Source: a virus
Strand: one strand, 5' to 3'
DNA: 64,000 bases
IMG/VR virus record: IMGVR_UViG_3300033388_006651
Location: 32,001 to 96,000 of that record
A program made the position numbers and the translations under genes. Positions 47,244 through 55,087 of this stretch are shown piece by piece (positions within the stretch are counted from its first letter, which is position 1; each line of letters begins with the position of its first letter). Under the pieces are notes generated by a model. The model had not been told where the DNA came from. It ran no database searches and worked only from the letters and a program-made list of their open reading frames with translations.

Positions 47244-47464
47244 AACCCAAACACGAGAAAACTCTTGAGGTAGCAAAGCGCTGCCTGGAGTACCCGGAGA
47301 CAGAGCTGAGCCGTTTGGAGATCAAGAACCTCTTACTCTGTTACAGAGATGCAATAGAGAGCCGCTACGAGACTTGGGAGATCGCTGAGGCTTGGGACAC
47401 GGATAGTCCGATGGGCACGTTGAGGCGGTTGGGACAGAACCGAGAAAAGGAAATGGGAACGTGA
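47240..47464 (+). CDS. Small hypothetical protein
   Basis: ATGA overlap. Confidence 0.45.
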   Translation: MKPKHEKTLEVAKRCLEYPETELSRLEIKNLLLCYRDAIESRYETWEIAEAWDTDSPMGTLRRLGQNREKEMGT

Positions 47465-47710
47465 AAATTACGATCATGAAAATTACGATCATCGATTGCA
47501 GGGACACTCGTGTGTCTAAGGAGCAGAACTCGTGATCGGGAAATACATTCTGGCCGGCAATACCTCCCACCTGTGGGGGTGCGAAATACATGTCTGCTCT
47601 CTTTGTGGGCAACATCAAGACTCGGCCGAAGAAACATGTCCTGAAGGGCGCCGCATGATGGGTTTTCGAATTTCGACTGGGGATGCCAAAAGCATCAAGG
47701 AGATACCAAC

Positions 47711-48280
47711 ATGAAAATTACGATCATCGGAGTCGGAGCACTGGGCTCACACCTCGTGCAAGCTCTTCGGAACGAGAAGGTGACCCTCAAGGTCATCGAC
47801 TTCGACCGCGTCGAGATGAAGAACGTCGCTTCTCAGTTTCACTTCAAGAACGGAGTGGGCAAAAAGAAGGTCGATGCTCTCAAGCAGGCGATGCAATTCT
47901 GCTACGGCCGGAAGATCGAGATCGTGGGCAACAAGCTCACGGCGGACAACGTTGACCAGCTCCTGGGCGACGCTGACCTGCTCGTGGACTGCCTGGACAA
48001 CGGAGAAGCCCGGACGCTCGTCCAGGGCTTCGCTCGAGCCAATGGGGTGCCGTGCGTGCACGGAGCTCTTGCGGCCGATGGTGGCTTCGGTAGGGCCGTA
48101 TGGACTTCCGGTTTTGTTATTGACAGCGAGACATTGGGTGCGGCAACATGTGAAGACGGTGCCTTCCTCCCGTTCATCCAGCTCGTTGCCACACGCCTCG
48201 CGTACGTCGTCCAGCGATTCCTCCAAACTGGGGAGAAGCACAACTTCAACATCTTCCCCGGCGGCGTCACTAAATTCTAG
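47711..48280 (+). CDS. ThiF/E1-family adenylyltransferase
   Basis: IIGVGALGS, DFDRVEMKN..Q, KVDAL, VDCLDN..R. Confidence 0.88.
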   Translation: MKITIIGVGALGSHLVQALRNEKVTLKVIDFDRVEMKNVASQFHFKNGVGKKKVDALKQAMQFCYGRKIEIVGNKLTADNVDQLLGDADLLVDCLDNGEARTLVQGFARANGVPCVHGALAADGGFGRAVWTSGFVIDSETLGAATCEDGAFLPFIQLVATRLAYVVQRFLQTGEKHNFNIFPGGVTKF

Positions 48281-48284
48281 GGCC

Positions 48285-49265
48285 GTGTGTCGAGGGACCC
48301 GGCGCACTGCTCACCTCGACATTGACGCGCTCGTGCGGGGTTACGAAACCGGCGACAGTGCCCAGACGCTGGCGAAGAAATTCAACACTGGACGTTCCAC
48401 CGTACTCACCCGGTTACGGGAAGCCGGGGTGCGAATTCGGCGTCCTTCTGAATGGGAAGAGAAACATCTGGTTCTCCTCCCCCAACACGAGGAACCTTTC
48501 ATCGAGCTCCTTGATGGCCTCATGCTCGGAGACGGCACTCTCCCTCGTGACGGGGGGCTTCGCATTGAACAGAGCCATGTGCGTCACGGGTGGTTGAAAG
48601 ACATCCAACAGGAGCTGCGGGGTTTTGGGGTGAAGAGTACGATGGACGAAGTTATACGGCCCGAAAGGGCCCGCAAAGACGGACGAATCCTTTCGGCCTA
48701 TAGGGGGTTTCTTTTGCGCACTCCTGCTTACGTTGAACTTCGCTCACAACGACAGCGATGGTATCCAGGTGATGTAAAACGCATTCCTGACGATGTGCGT
48801 ATCACCAAAAAATCTGTTGCGGCCTGGGTAAGTGGGGACGGCACAGGAGGTAAGAAGGGCACGCTGGTTCTTTGCACCGATGATTTCACCGAAGAAGGAG
48901 TCGGTCTGCTGATTGACCGACTCAAAGAGGTTTTTAATGTTAAGGCTCGACGCGTTTCAGGTGAACGACCTCGAGTCGGCCTTTACCGGAAAAATGATGT
49001 GCTCCGACTTCGTGAGGTCCTTCTCCCACACATGTCGAAATGCTGTCGGTACAAGTTCCAACACGCCCGTGGCGCCCAAAGGAAAGGGAAACTCCCCGAG
49101 GCGTCCGTGCAGGCTATTCGTGGAAAGTACGACGAGGGGGTCACGTTGAGCGTGATCGCAAAGGAGCATGGGCTGAGTCGGTCAGCCGTCAACAACATTG
49201 GTCTGCGGAAAGTGTACAAGTGGGTGGCTGAGACGGCCGTTCCAGCCACCGTCGAAGAAAGTTGA
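48285..49265 (+). CDS. LAGLIDADG homing endonuclease (paralog of 46281)
   Basis: GLMLGDG, WVSGDG, shared RQRWYP..KR.P. Confidence 0.82.
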   Translation: MCRGTRRTAHLDIDALVRGYETGDSAQTLAKKFNTGRSTVLTRLREAGVRIRRPSEWEEKHLVLLPQHEEPFIELLDGLMLGDGTLPRDGGLRIEQSHVRHGWLKDIQQELRGFGVKSTMDEVIRPERARKDGRILSAYRGFLLRTPAYVELRSQRQRWYPGDVKRIPDDVRITKKSVAAWVSGDGTGGKKGTLVLCTDDFTEEGVGLLIDRLKEVFNVKARRVSGERPRVGLYRKNDVLRLREVLLPHMSKCCRYKFQHARGAQRKGKLPEASVQAIRGKYDEGVTLSVIAKEHGLSRSAVNNIGLRKVYKWVAETAVPATVEES

Positions 49266-49275
49266 AAAAAAGTGG

Positions 49276-49304
49276 TTGACTTCCCTCAGCCCCCGATCCA
49301 ATCT
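49276..49304 (+). promoter_or_regulatory. Sigma70-like promoter for the module-RNA array
   Basis: TTGACT-17-CAATCT. Confidence 0.5.
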
Positions 49305-49312
49305 GTTCGTCC

Positions 49313-49380
49313 AGGCTGTTTCCCACGCGCAGGTCTCACAAGCACAACCCCGGTCCGAAGTGACCGGGACACTGAAGCCT
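49313..49380 (+). ncRNA. Module RNA B: minimal module without a tRNA domain
   Basis: AGGCT/AGCCT, GGTC-TCACAAGCA..GACC..CACTG. Confidence 0.5.
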
Positions 49381-49414
49381 CCCAGACCGCGCCCTCGAAA
49401 CTACCTACAACTAA

Positions 49415-49550
49415 GCCGGATATGACCCGTGGTGGGTCACCAACCTTCCAAGTTGGCTAACAATCCGACACCTGCACTCACCCCTTCACAGGGGTACTCG
49501 GCAAAATGTCTACAAGCATCTGCCTGGTTCGACTCCAGGATCCGGCTCTA
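49415..49550 (+). ncRNA. tRNA-Gly(UCC)-like RNA with the module (about 65 nt) in the variable loop
   Basis: GCCGGAT/ATCCGGC; CCAAC-CTTCCAA-GTTGG; GACA..CACTC-ACCCC/GGGGT..TGTC-TACAAGCA; CCTGG-TTCGACT-CCAGG. Confidence 0.75.
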
Positions 49551-49680
49551 AAGAAGCAACCACTGCCCGTAAGGCTCACAAGCAAAGTAGCTCAGTGTAG
49601 AGCGTCTGTCCTGAAAACAGAAGGTCGCGGTTTCATCACCGTCCTTGCAACAAACCAGCTTTTCCACTCGGTCGCTTCTT
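49551..49680 (+). ncRNA. Module RNA C: degenerate tRNA enclosed in the module
   Basis: AAGAAGC/GCTTCTT; TCACAAGCA; D arm, TCTGT/ACAGA arm; CACTC. Confidence 0.7.
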
Positions 49681-49716
49681 AACTTTTTCACTCAGCAGCA
49701 GTACACAACATAACAT

Positions 49717-49848
49717 GGAGGACATGACCCCGATGGGGGGTCGCCCGACGGTAAATCGGTAAAACCGACACCACCACTCGCTTCTTCACGGAAGCACTCG
49801 GCGAATGTCTACAAGCAACTCTTGGTTCGAATCCAGGGTCCTCCACCA
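49717..49848 (+). ncRNA. tRNA-Tyr(GUA)-like RNA with the module in the variable loop
   Basis: GGAGGAC/GTCCTCC-A-CCA; loop CGGTAAA; GACA..CACTC-GCTTC/GAAGC..TGTC-TACAAGCA. Confidence 0.75.
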
Positions 49849-49978
49849 GAAGCAACCACCACGCCTAGACTCACAAGCGAAAGTAGCTCACTCGGTAGAG
49901 CGCGTCCCTGATAAGGATGAGGAGCTGGTTCGATCCCGGCCCTTTGCAACAAAACAGTCTTTCGACTCGGTCGCTTCT
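49848..49978 (+). ncRNA. Module RNA D: tRNA-Ile(GAU)-like domain (49877-49948) enclosed in the module
   Basis: AGAAGC/GCTTCT; AGAC/GTCT; TCACAAGCG; CGTCC-CTGATAA-GGATG; no CCA. Confidence 0.72.
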
Positions 49979-49986
49979 AACTTTTC

Positions 49987-50134
49987 GATCAACGCACCAG
50001 ATCAATCTCACAAGCAAATTGTTGGTTCGATTCCAACCTTCCCCACCTATGGGGAAGTGGGCAAATGGTAAAGCCACCGGTATATTAAACCGGCGTTTCA
50101 AAACGCAACTCCAGGTTTTTCACTCGCGTTGATC
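49987..50134 (+). ncRNA. Module RNA E: circularly permuted tRNA (T arm, closed acceptor, D arm, anticodon arm), YrlA-like order
   Basis: GATCAACGC/GCGTTGATC; GTTGG-TTCGATT-CCAAC, CTTCCCC-ACCTAT-GGGGAAG, GGC..GCC, CCGGT/ACCGG; CACTC. Confidence 0.75.
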
Positions 50135-50145
50135 AACTAACCCCG

Positions 50146-50190
50146 TCCCCGGGCGCTGCTCCTCAAAGAGCCGCCCGGGGATTTCTTTTT
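50146..50190 (+). terminator. Intrinsic terminator closing the RNA array
   Basis: TCCCCGGGCG/CGCCCGGGGA then TTTCTTTTT. Confidence 0.75.
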
Positions 50191-50199
50191 AAGAACGAC

Positions 50200-50574
50200 T
50201 CATTCGTCCCGGAAGACGAGGCCCTTCGCGTAGACGTGGGCGGTCCCGAATTTCACGAACATGCGCACCAGGTCGGCTCGGACCACAGGGCGCTCGCCGT
50301 GGGCCGTGACGAAGCTGTCGTGCTCTCCAACCTCGTAGATCACGCGCACCCAGTCGCCATCGATCTCGAGATCTTGGAACAGGACCTCACCACGGATGCC
50401 CGCATGGACATTCCGACGACCTTTCTCGAGCATCCGCGCCCGCTCCTTCTGATCTATCTCAAACTCGGCATCCTGGAGGGTGAGACTCATTTTGTGGCGG
50501 CTCACCCGTCCCGTCAGGCGGCACCGCACGGTGAACCGTTTGTCATGCAGGTTCCAATAGACAAACTCTTTCAC
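50200..50574 (-). CDS. Hypothetical phage protein (paralog of 34937)
   Basis: YWNLH..NVHAGIRG. Confidence 0.65.
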   Translation of the reverse strand: MKEFVYWNLHDKRFTVRCRLTGRVSRHKMSLTLQDAEFEIDQKERARMLEKGRRNVHAGIRGEVLFQDLEIDGDWVRVIYEVGEHDSFVTAHGERPVVRADLVRMFVKFGTAHVYAKGLVFRDE

Positions 50575-50610
50575 GATCTCTCCTATTTAGGGGTTCGGTA
50601 TAGTCTCAAA

Positions 50611-51294
50611 ATGAAGACGATTCTGCGCGACCGGAACGAAGAGTTGGTTGAAGCCTGGAAGGGCTGGTTCAAGGATGAGCCAGTGCTCCCCGATAGCGAG
50701 ATCGTCATCGAGCAGGGTGACATCTTCGATGGGCCCGGCGACTGCATTGTGAGCCCGGCCAACAGCTTTGGCATCATGAACGGCGGCATCGATCAGGCGT
50801 ACACAGATCGTTTCGGCATCATCGTACAGGAGCGTATCCAGAAGATCCTCCGTGACAAGTATTGGGGCGAGCTCCCCGTTGGCTGTGCCGTCATCGTGCC
50901 CACCGACGACCCCGAGTTCCCTTGGTGTGCCAGTGCTCCGACCATGCGTGTGCCCGAATCCGTCAGCAACACGCTCAATGCCTACCACGCGTTTCGAGCA
51001 GTCCGGTTGGCGGTCGAGCGTCACAACAAGGACCCGCGTGCCGCCGAGCACCCGAACTGGACCATCAAAAGCATTTTGTGTCCCGGTCTCGGAACCGCCA
51101 CCGGCAAACTCGACTACGACCTGTGTGCTCGTCAAATGCTGTGTGCCTACCGGGCGCCGGACTGGCCCGGTGACTGCTCCGAGAATTTCACGACGCCCTG
51201 GGCGATGGGACGGTTCATGCGGGGAGAGGCCGACATGGCCGGGGTCTCAACGATTCACCAGACGCCCCAGTTTAAGGTCATTCAGGCGGATTAG
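50611..51294 (+). CDS. Macrodomain (ADP-ribose glycohydrolase-like) protein
   Basis: GDI..VSPANSFGIMNGGID..APTM..PGLGT. Confidence 0.85.
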   Translation: MKTILRDRNEELVEAWKGWFKDEPVLPDSEIVIEQGDIFDGPGDCIVSPANSFGIMNGGIDQAYTDRFGIIVQERIQKILRDKYWGELPVGCAVIVPTDDPEFPWCASAPTMRVPESVSNTLNAYHAFRAVRLAVERHNKDPRAAEHPNWTIKSILCPGLGTATGKLDYDLCARQMLCAYRAPDWPGDCSENFTTPWAMGRFMRGEADMAGVSTIHQTPQFKVIQAD

Positions 51295-51350
51295 CTACTG
51301 GCGCATCTCCGGGGGTTGTGTAAATTCTTCCTCTTCCCCGTGCATGTGTT

Positions 51351-51923
51351 ATGGCCGCCCAATTCGACAAGCTGCTGGTGCTGGACTTGGATGAGACTCT
51401 CATCCACACCACCGGTTTTGGGTTCCCTGGAGACCCTCCGGAGAACACCGCGGACTTTTTCGTGGACGACGGATTCTTCGCCGTCCACAAGCGCCCCGGA
51501 GTGGGGGCGTTCCTGGCCTGGTGCCTGGAGAATTTCCGAGGGGTGGGCGTCTGGACTGCGGGGACTCGGGGCTATGCTCTGGAGATCCTCCCGCACCTGT
51601 GCGACCCCAACGATTTCATGTTCGTCTGGGGCCGAGAGCGTTGTGGGTCCCGGCGCGACATGGAGGCCCAGGAGACGCACTGGGTGAAGGACATCGCCAA
51701 GCTACACAACCTCGGCTTCTCCAAATCCCAAATTTTGTGTGTGGATGACATCCCGCAGAATTTCGCGCGTAGCTATGGGAACTATATCCAAGTGCGGCCG
51801 TTCCAGGGGGACCGCTCCGACAACGAGCTTGAGTACCTGCGTCGCTACCTCGAGACACTCGGCTCGGTGCCCAACGTGCGTACCATCGAGAAGCGAGGAT
51901 GGCGCCCTACGAGTCCGGCATGA
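51351..51923 (+). CDS. HAD-family FCP1/NIF-like phosphatase
   Basis: LDLDETL, KRPG, WTAG, KD, VDD. Confidence 0.85.
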   Translation: MAAQFDKLLVLDLDETLIHTTGFGFPGDPPENTADFFVDDGFFAVHKRPGVGAFLAWCLENFRGVGVWTAGTRGYALEILPHLCDPNDFMFVWGRERCGSRRDMEAQETHWVKDIAKLHNLGFSKSQILCVDDIPQNFARSYGNYIQVRPFQGDRSDNELEYLRRYLETLGSVPNVRTIEKRGWRPTSPA

Positions 51924-53523
51924 TCGTGATCAGGGTTCCGTCGAACTTCCGAAGGTCGAACCCTGTGATCGTCTCGTTGTAGGTGGCCAGCACGTTTTTG
52001 AGGTACTGGATGGCGACCTTTTCACCAAGCAGGATGCCCTCGTCACCGTCGCTGCGGTAGTGGACGCCGGCCATGTTGCGGGCCGTGGAGAGGTTGCTGG
52101 CGAGTTTTCCGAGTTCGGAGCTGACCGTGATCACATCGACCACGGCAGGGGTGGTGATGGCGGCAGCATCAAGCTCGGCCATCGTCTCGTCTCCGGTGAT
52201 GGATTCCACGATTTTGAAGGTCCCGCTGTCCAGGTCCTTCATCAGGGTGTCGCCGTCGAAGAACGCCTTGAGGAGCGTCGCACAGGCCCCAGAAAGGACG
52301 GCATGGCCTGCCGGGTAACTCGGGTGCGTAGGACTACCCTCCGGGTACATGAGCGGCAGGAGGTACGTGGCGCTTCCGTTGAGGGTGTTGGCTGCCAGCA
52401 TGTTGGCTGTGGTCGTTGCACCCAAGACGGAGGCATCCAACAAGTAGTCCTGGGCATCGTCGAGGGTGAAGTGGACGCGACCGGCGTAGACCTCTGGACG
52501 TAGACGCATGTGGGCCACCCACTTCTGCCGCCACGCTGCTTTGAGTGCCAGCTCTGAGACGTGAAAAACGCGGTCGAGAATCTCGCCGGCTCCGAGAGTG
52601 ACGAAGCCGTCCTCGTTTGCCAGGACGGGGATGTTCGGGTCCAGGGGCGCACCGTTCTGGAGCAGGATCTGCGCTGCGTTGAAGAACGCCAGGCCAGGAG
52701 GGTCGTTGTGAACGTAGCTTCCGAGTACTCGAGGAGAGAACGCGCGTTTGCGGGTGCCCGTCAGGTTGGCGCCGTTTGGCGTGATGCCATTTTGGATGTC
52801 GAGCCACCCTGCGGTGGTGATCGATGGAGCCGCATCGCTCTCGGTTTCGATCTCCTGGGCGACGGCGATGTTCCCCATGTTGAAATCGTGCAGGAGAAAT
52901 TGGCTGACGTACGGTCCCACCGTTTCGTCGTACCCAGTTCCACGAAAGAGCGTCCCGCGCGTGACGACGCCACCGTCTTTGGGCCCCATGAACGATCCAG
53001 CCAGGGCGTTTAGATCGGTGAGGAGGGAGGTGACGACGGGTTCTTGAGATGTGGTGCCGTTCTGGATTGCGTTGAACGATTCGTCACGAAGGAGGGCCAT
53101 GCCGTAGACCTCGATCATCTCGCCACCGGCCTCGGTAGAGGTCATGGACGGGGCTGCTGGCATCGAGACCGAGTAGGCATCTGCGCCGCTGAGGCTGAAC
53201 GCCAGAGCGGCCTGGGGATTCGTCAATTTACGAACCGCACCGGTGGCACGCACGATGCGATCGAAGTAGCTCTGGTCCCCGCTGCGGAGGGCCACCTCCA
53301 TATTCACGAAGTTCTGATCGGTGACTTCGCCGTAGCTGTTGTGCGGCAGTGTTTTCGAGTAGAGCGCCGTGCGGTAGAGAGTGCCGGCGCGATCGATGAC
53401 GAGGGCCCGATCGTTGTTGAGCGGTTGGACGACATCTGCCTCTGACCGTTGGAAATTTGCCCGGTCGATACGGAAGTCGTATGGGAGCCCGGTGGGGTCG
53501 GAGGGATCTTGGCGCTTCGGCAT
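51907..53523 (-). CDS. Vanadium-dependent haloperoxidase (bromoperoxidase-like)
   Basis: QKWVAHMRLRPE, HPSYPAGHA, RNMAGVHYRSD. Confidence 0.88.
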   Translation of the reverse strand: MPKRQDPSDPTGLPYDFRIDRANFQRSEADVVQPLNNDRALVIDRAGTLYRTALYSKTLPHNSYGEVTDQNFVNMEVALRSGDQSYFDRIVRATGAVRKLTNPQAALAFSLSGADAYSVSMPAAPSMTSTEAGGEMIEVYGMALLRDESFNAIQNGTTSQEPVVTSLLTDLNALAGSFMGPKDGGVVTRGTLFRGTGYDETVGPYVSQFLLHDFNMGNIAVAQEIETESDAAPSITTAGWLDIQNGITPNGANLTGTRKRAFSPRVLGSYVHNDPPGLAFFNAAQILLQNGAPLDPNIPVLANEDGFVTLGAGEILDRVFHVSELALKAAWRQKWVAHMRLRPEVYAGRVHFTLDDAQDYLLDASVLGATTTANMLAANTLNGSATYLLPLMYPEGSPTHPSYPAGHAVLSGACATLLKAFFDGDTLMKDLDSGTFKIVESITGDETMAELDAAAITTPAVVDVITVSSELGKLASNLSTARNMAGVHYRSDGDEGILLGEKVAIQYLKNVLATYNETITGFDLRKFDGTLITIMPDS

Positions 53524-53574
53524 CTCACTTGAGTCCCGGCTATAGGAGGGTCAGTGGTTTTCTGAACAAAACCC

Positions 53575-53602
53575 TTGACTCTGCGTCTGAGGCGAGTACA
53601 TT
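53575..53602 (+). promoter_or_regulatory. Sigma70-like promoter for the His/Phe tRNAs
   Basis: TTGACT-16-TACATT. Confidence 0.5.
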
Positions 53603-53680
53603 CGGTTTCAAGGTAACTCTCATGTTGACGCAAGCACATACCCAGCTCCCCGATGCGGGAGCCGACTACAACACCATCAT

Positions 53681-53757
53681 GGTGTCCGTAGCTCAGTTGG
53701 TAGAGCGTTCGCTTGTGACGCGAGAGGCCGCGGGTTCAAACCCCGTCGGACACCCCA
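53681..53757 (+). tRNA. tRNA-His(GUG)
   Basis: G-1:C73; loop TTGTGAC; CCA. Confidence 0.9.
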
Positions 53758-53842
53758 AAAACCGCACTTCCGTGCAGTTTAGCTAGCCGAGGCTTCCCTT
53801 CGTCTTTGGGACGAAGTGGAGCTTCGGCACGCCGCATTTTAT

Positions 53843-53917
53843 GCCGCGGAAGCTGACTTGGTACGCAAGCGCTGGACTGAAAATCCGGAGGTGACAGTTC
53901 GATTCTGTCCCGCGGCA
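53843..53917 (+). tRNA. tRNA-Phe(GAA)
   Basis: CTGGA-CTGAAAA-TCCGG. Confidence 0.85.
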
Positions 53918-53939
53918 CAACCTAGAAGGAAACAAGACA

Positions 53940-54134
53940 ATGTCACTCATGTTCACTAATTACGATCGCCACACCATGTGCACGCATGCTGGCCTCCTTG
54001 GTCAAAAGGCCAAGGACGGAACCCAGACGTGTGTTCGTTGCGGCAAGACGGTTCTCCCTGCAGATGTGGAGCGCTTTACGAGGCCGGCTGGACGCAAGTC
54101 CGGTCGGCAGACTCAAGGCACTACCCCTTTGTAG
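53940..54134 (+). CDS. Small CxxC protein ending inside tRNA-Phe
   Basis: AAGGA SD. Confidence 0.45.
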   Translation: MSLMFTNYDRHTMCTHAGLLGQKAKDGTQTCVRCGKTVLPADVERFTRPAGRKSGRQTQGTTPL

Positions 54135-54201
54135 CTGAGATAGATTCAAGCGCGCGGTTGAAGCCCGCGAGACTCGGGTGCGAGCACCGACTGAGGGACC
54201 A
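54125..54201 (+). tRNA. Divergent tRNA-Phe(GAA)
   Basis: CGCGG-TTGAAGC-CCGCG; non-canonical T loop; ACCA end. Confidence 0.65.
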
Positions 54202-54219
54202 CAACGGTAGGATAGCAAC

Positions 54220-54735
54220 ATGATTCTCTGCACAGACGTGGACTACAACGACGACGGAACAGCCGTCGCCGCAGGCGTGACTCTCGAGAACTGGTCGGAC
54301 GACCACGCGCTCGAGGAGCTCGTGGTGCACGTCGATGCCGTCGAACCTTACGTGCCCGGTCAGTTCTACAAGCGAGAACTTCCGTGCATCCAAGCCATCA
54401 TGGCGAAGCTGACTGGTGTCAGCCTCGTCATCGTGGACGGGTACACGTGGCTCTCGCCAGGACGCCCAGGTTTGGGAGCCCACCTGTGGGGTGATCTTGG
54501 GGGCTCGATCCCAGTGGTCGGTGTCGCCAAGGCGTACTTCAAAGATACGACGGCCACCGAAGTGTTCCGAGGTACCAGCAAGCGCCCGCTGTATGTGTCA
54601 GCCCAAGGGATGGACGACAGCGACGCGAGCATCCTGGTGCGCAACATGGCCGGGCGCAATCGGTTCCCGGAGATGCTCAAGCGCGTGGATCACCTGTGCC
54701 GGGGCCATGTTCTCCCGAAAGCGACGGCGTCATGA
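54220..54735 (+). CDS. nfi: Endonuclease V
   Basis: DVDY, YVPGQFYKRELP, IVDGY, GVAK, PLYVS. Confidence 0.88.
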   Translation: MILCTDVDYNDDGTAVAAGVTLENWSDDHALEELVVHVDAVEPYVPGQFYKRELPCIQAIMAKLTGVSLVIVDGYTWLSPGRPGLGAHLWGDLGGSIPVVGVAKAYFKDTTATEVFRGTSKRPLYVSAQGMDDSDASILVRNMAGRNRFPEMLKRVDHLCRGHVLPKATAS

Positions 54736-54941
54736 TCTCGGGATTCGGCGGGTTCGGCGGTGCCGCGCCTGCAGCCACCCTCGTCACGGGGGATCACTGT
54801 GGTGCCGTGAGCACCGCATAGAGGTTTTCTGGAACTACAAGCGTGGAAGCCTCTCCTGGGAGGATTTCGTGCAGTACTACGGAGTTGACCCGGAAAGAGG
54901 CTCGATCGTTTGTCGGGAACCCGGGTATAAGGACTGACCAC

Positions 54942-55046
54942 GCCCAAGTAGCTCAGTGCAAGTCTGCGGTCACACGTTTCTTGCTTGGTAGAGCGGTCGG
55001 CTTAAACTCCGATGCGTCGAAGGTTCAAATCCTCTCCTTGGGCACC
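54942..55046 (+). ncRNA. tRNA-like RNA with a hairpin inserted in the D loop and an 8-nt anticodon loop
   Basis: GCCCAAG/CTTGGGC; GCAAG..CTTGC insert; GTCGG-CTTAAACT-CCGAT; GGTTCAAATCC. Confidence 0.6.
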
Positions 55047-55087
55047 GAAATTATGTAAATTCTTCCCCCGCTCCGTGTACCTCTCAG

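Noticed and set aside
49311-50134. CRISPR array or group I introns
   Set aside because: The shared motifs are 5-9 nt and irregularly spaced, no cas genes are present, and the inserts are too short and lack a P7 core.
53622-53680. His leader peptide before tRNA-His
   Set aside because: The ATG frames have at most one His codon, and the CAC CAT CAT frame has no start.
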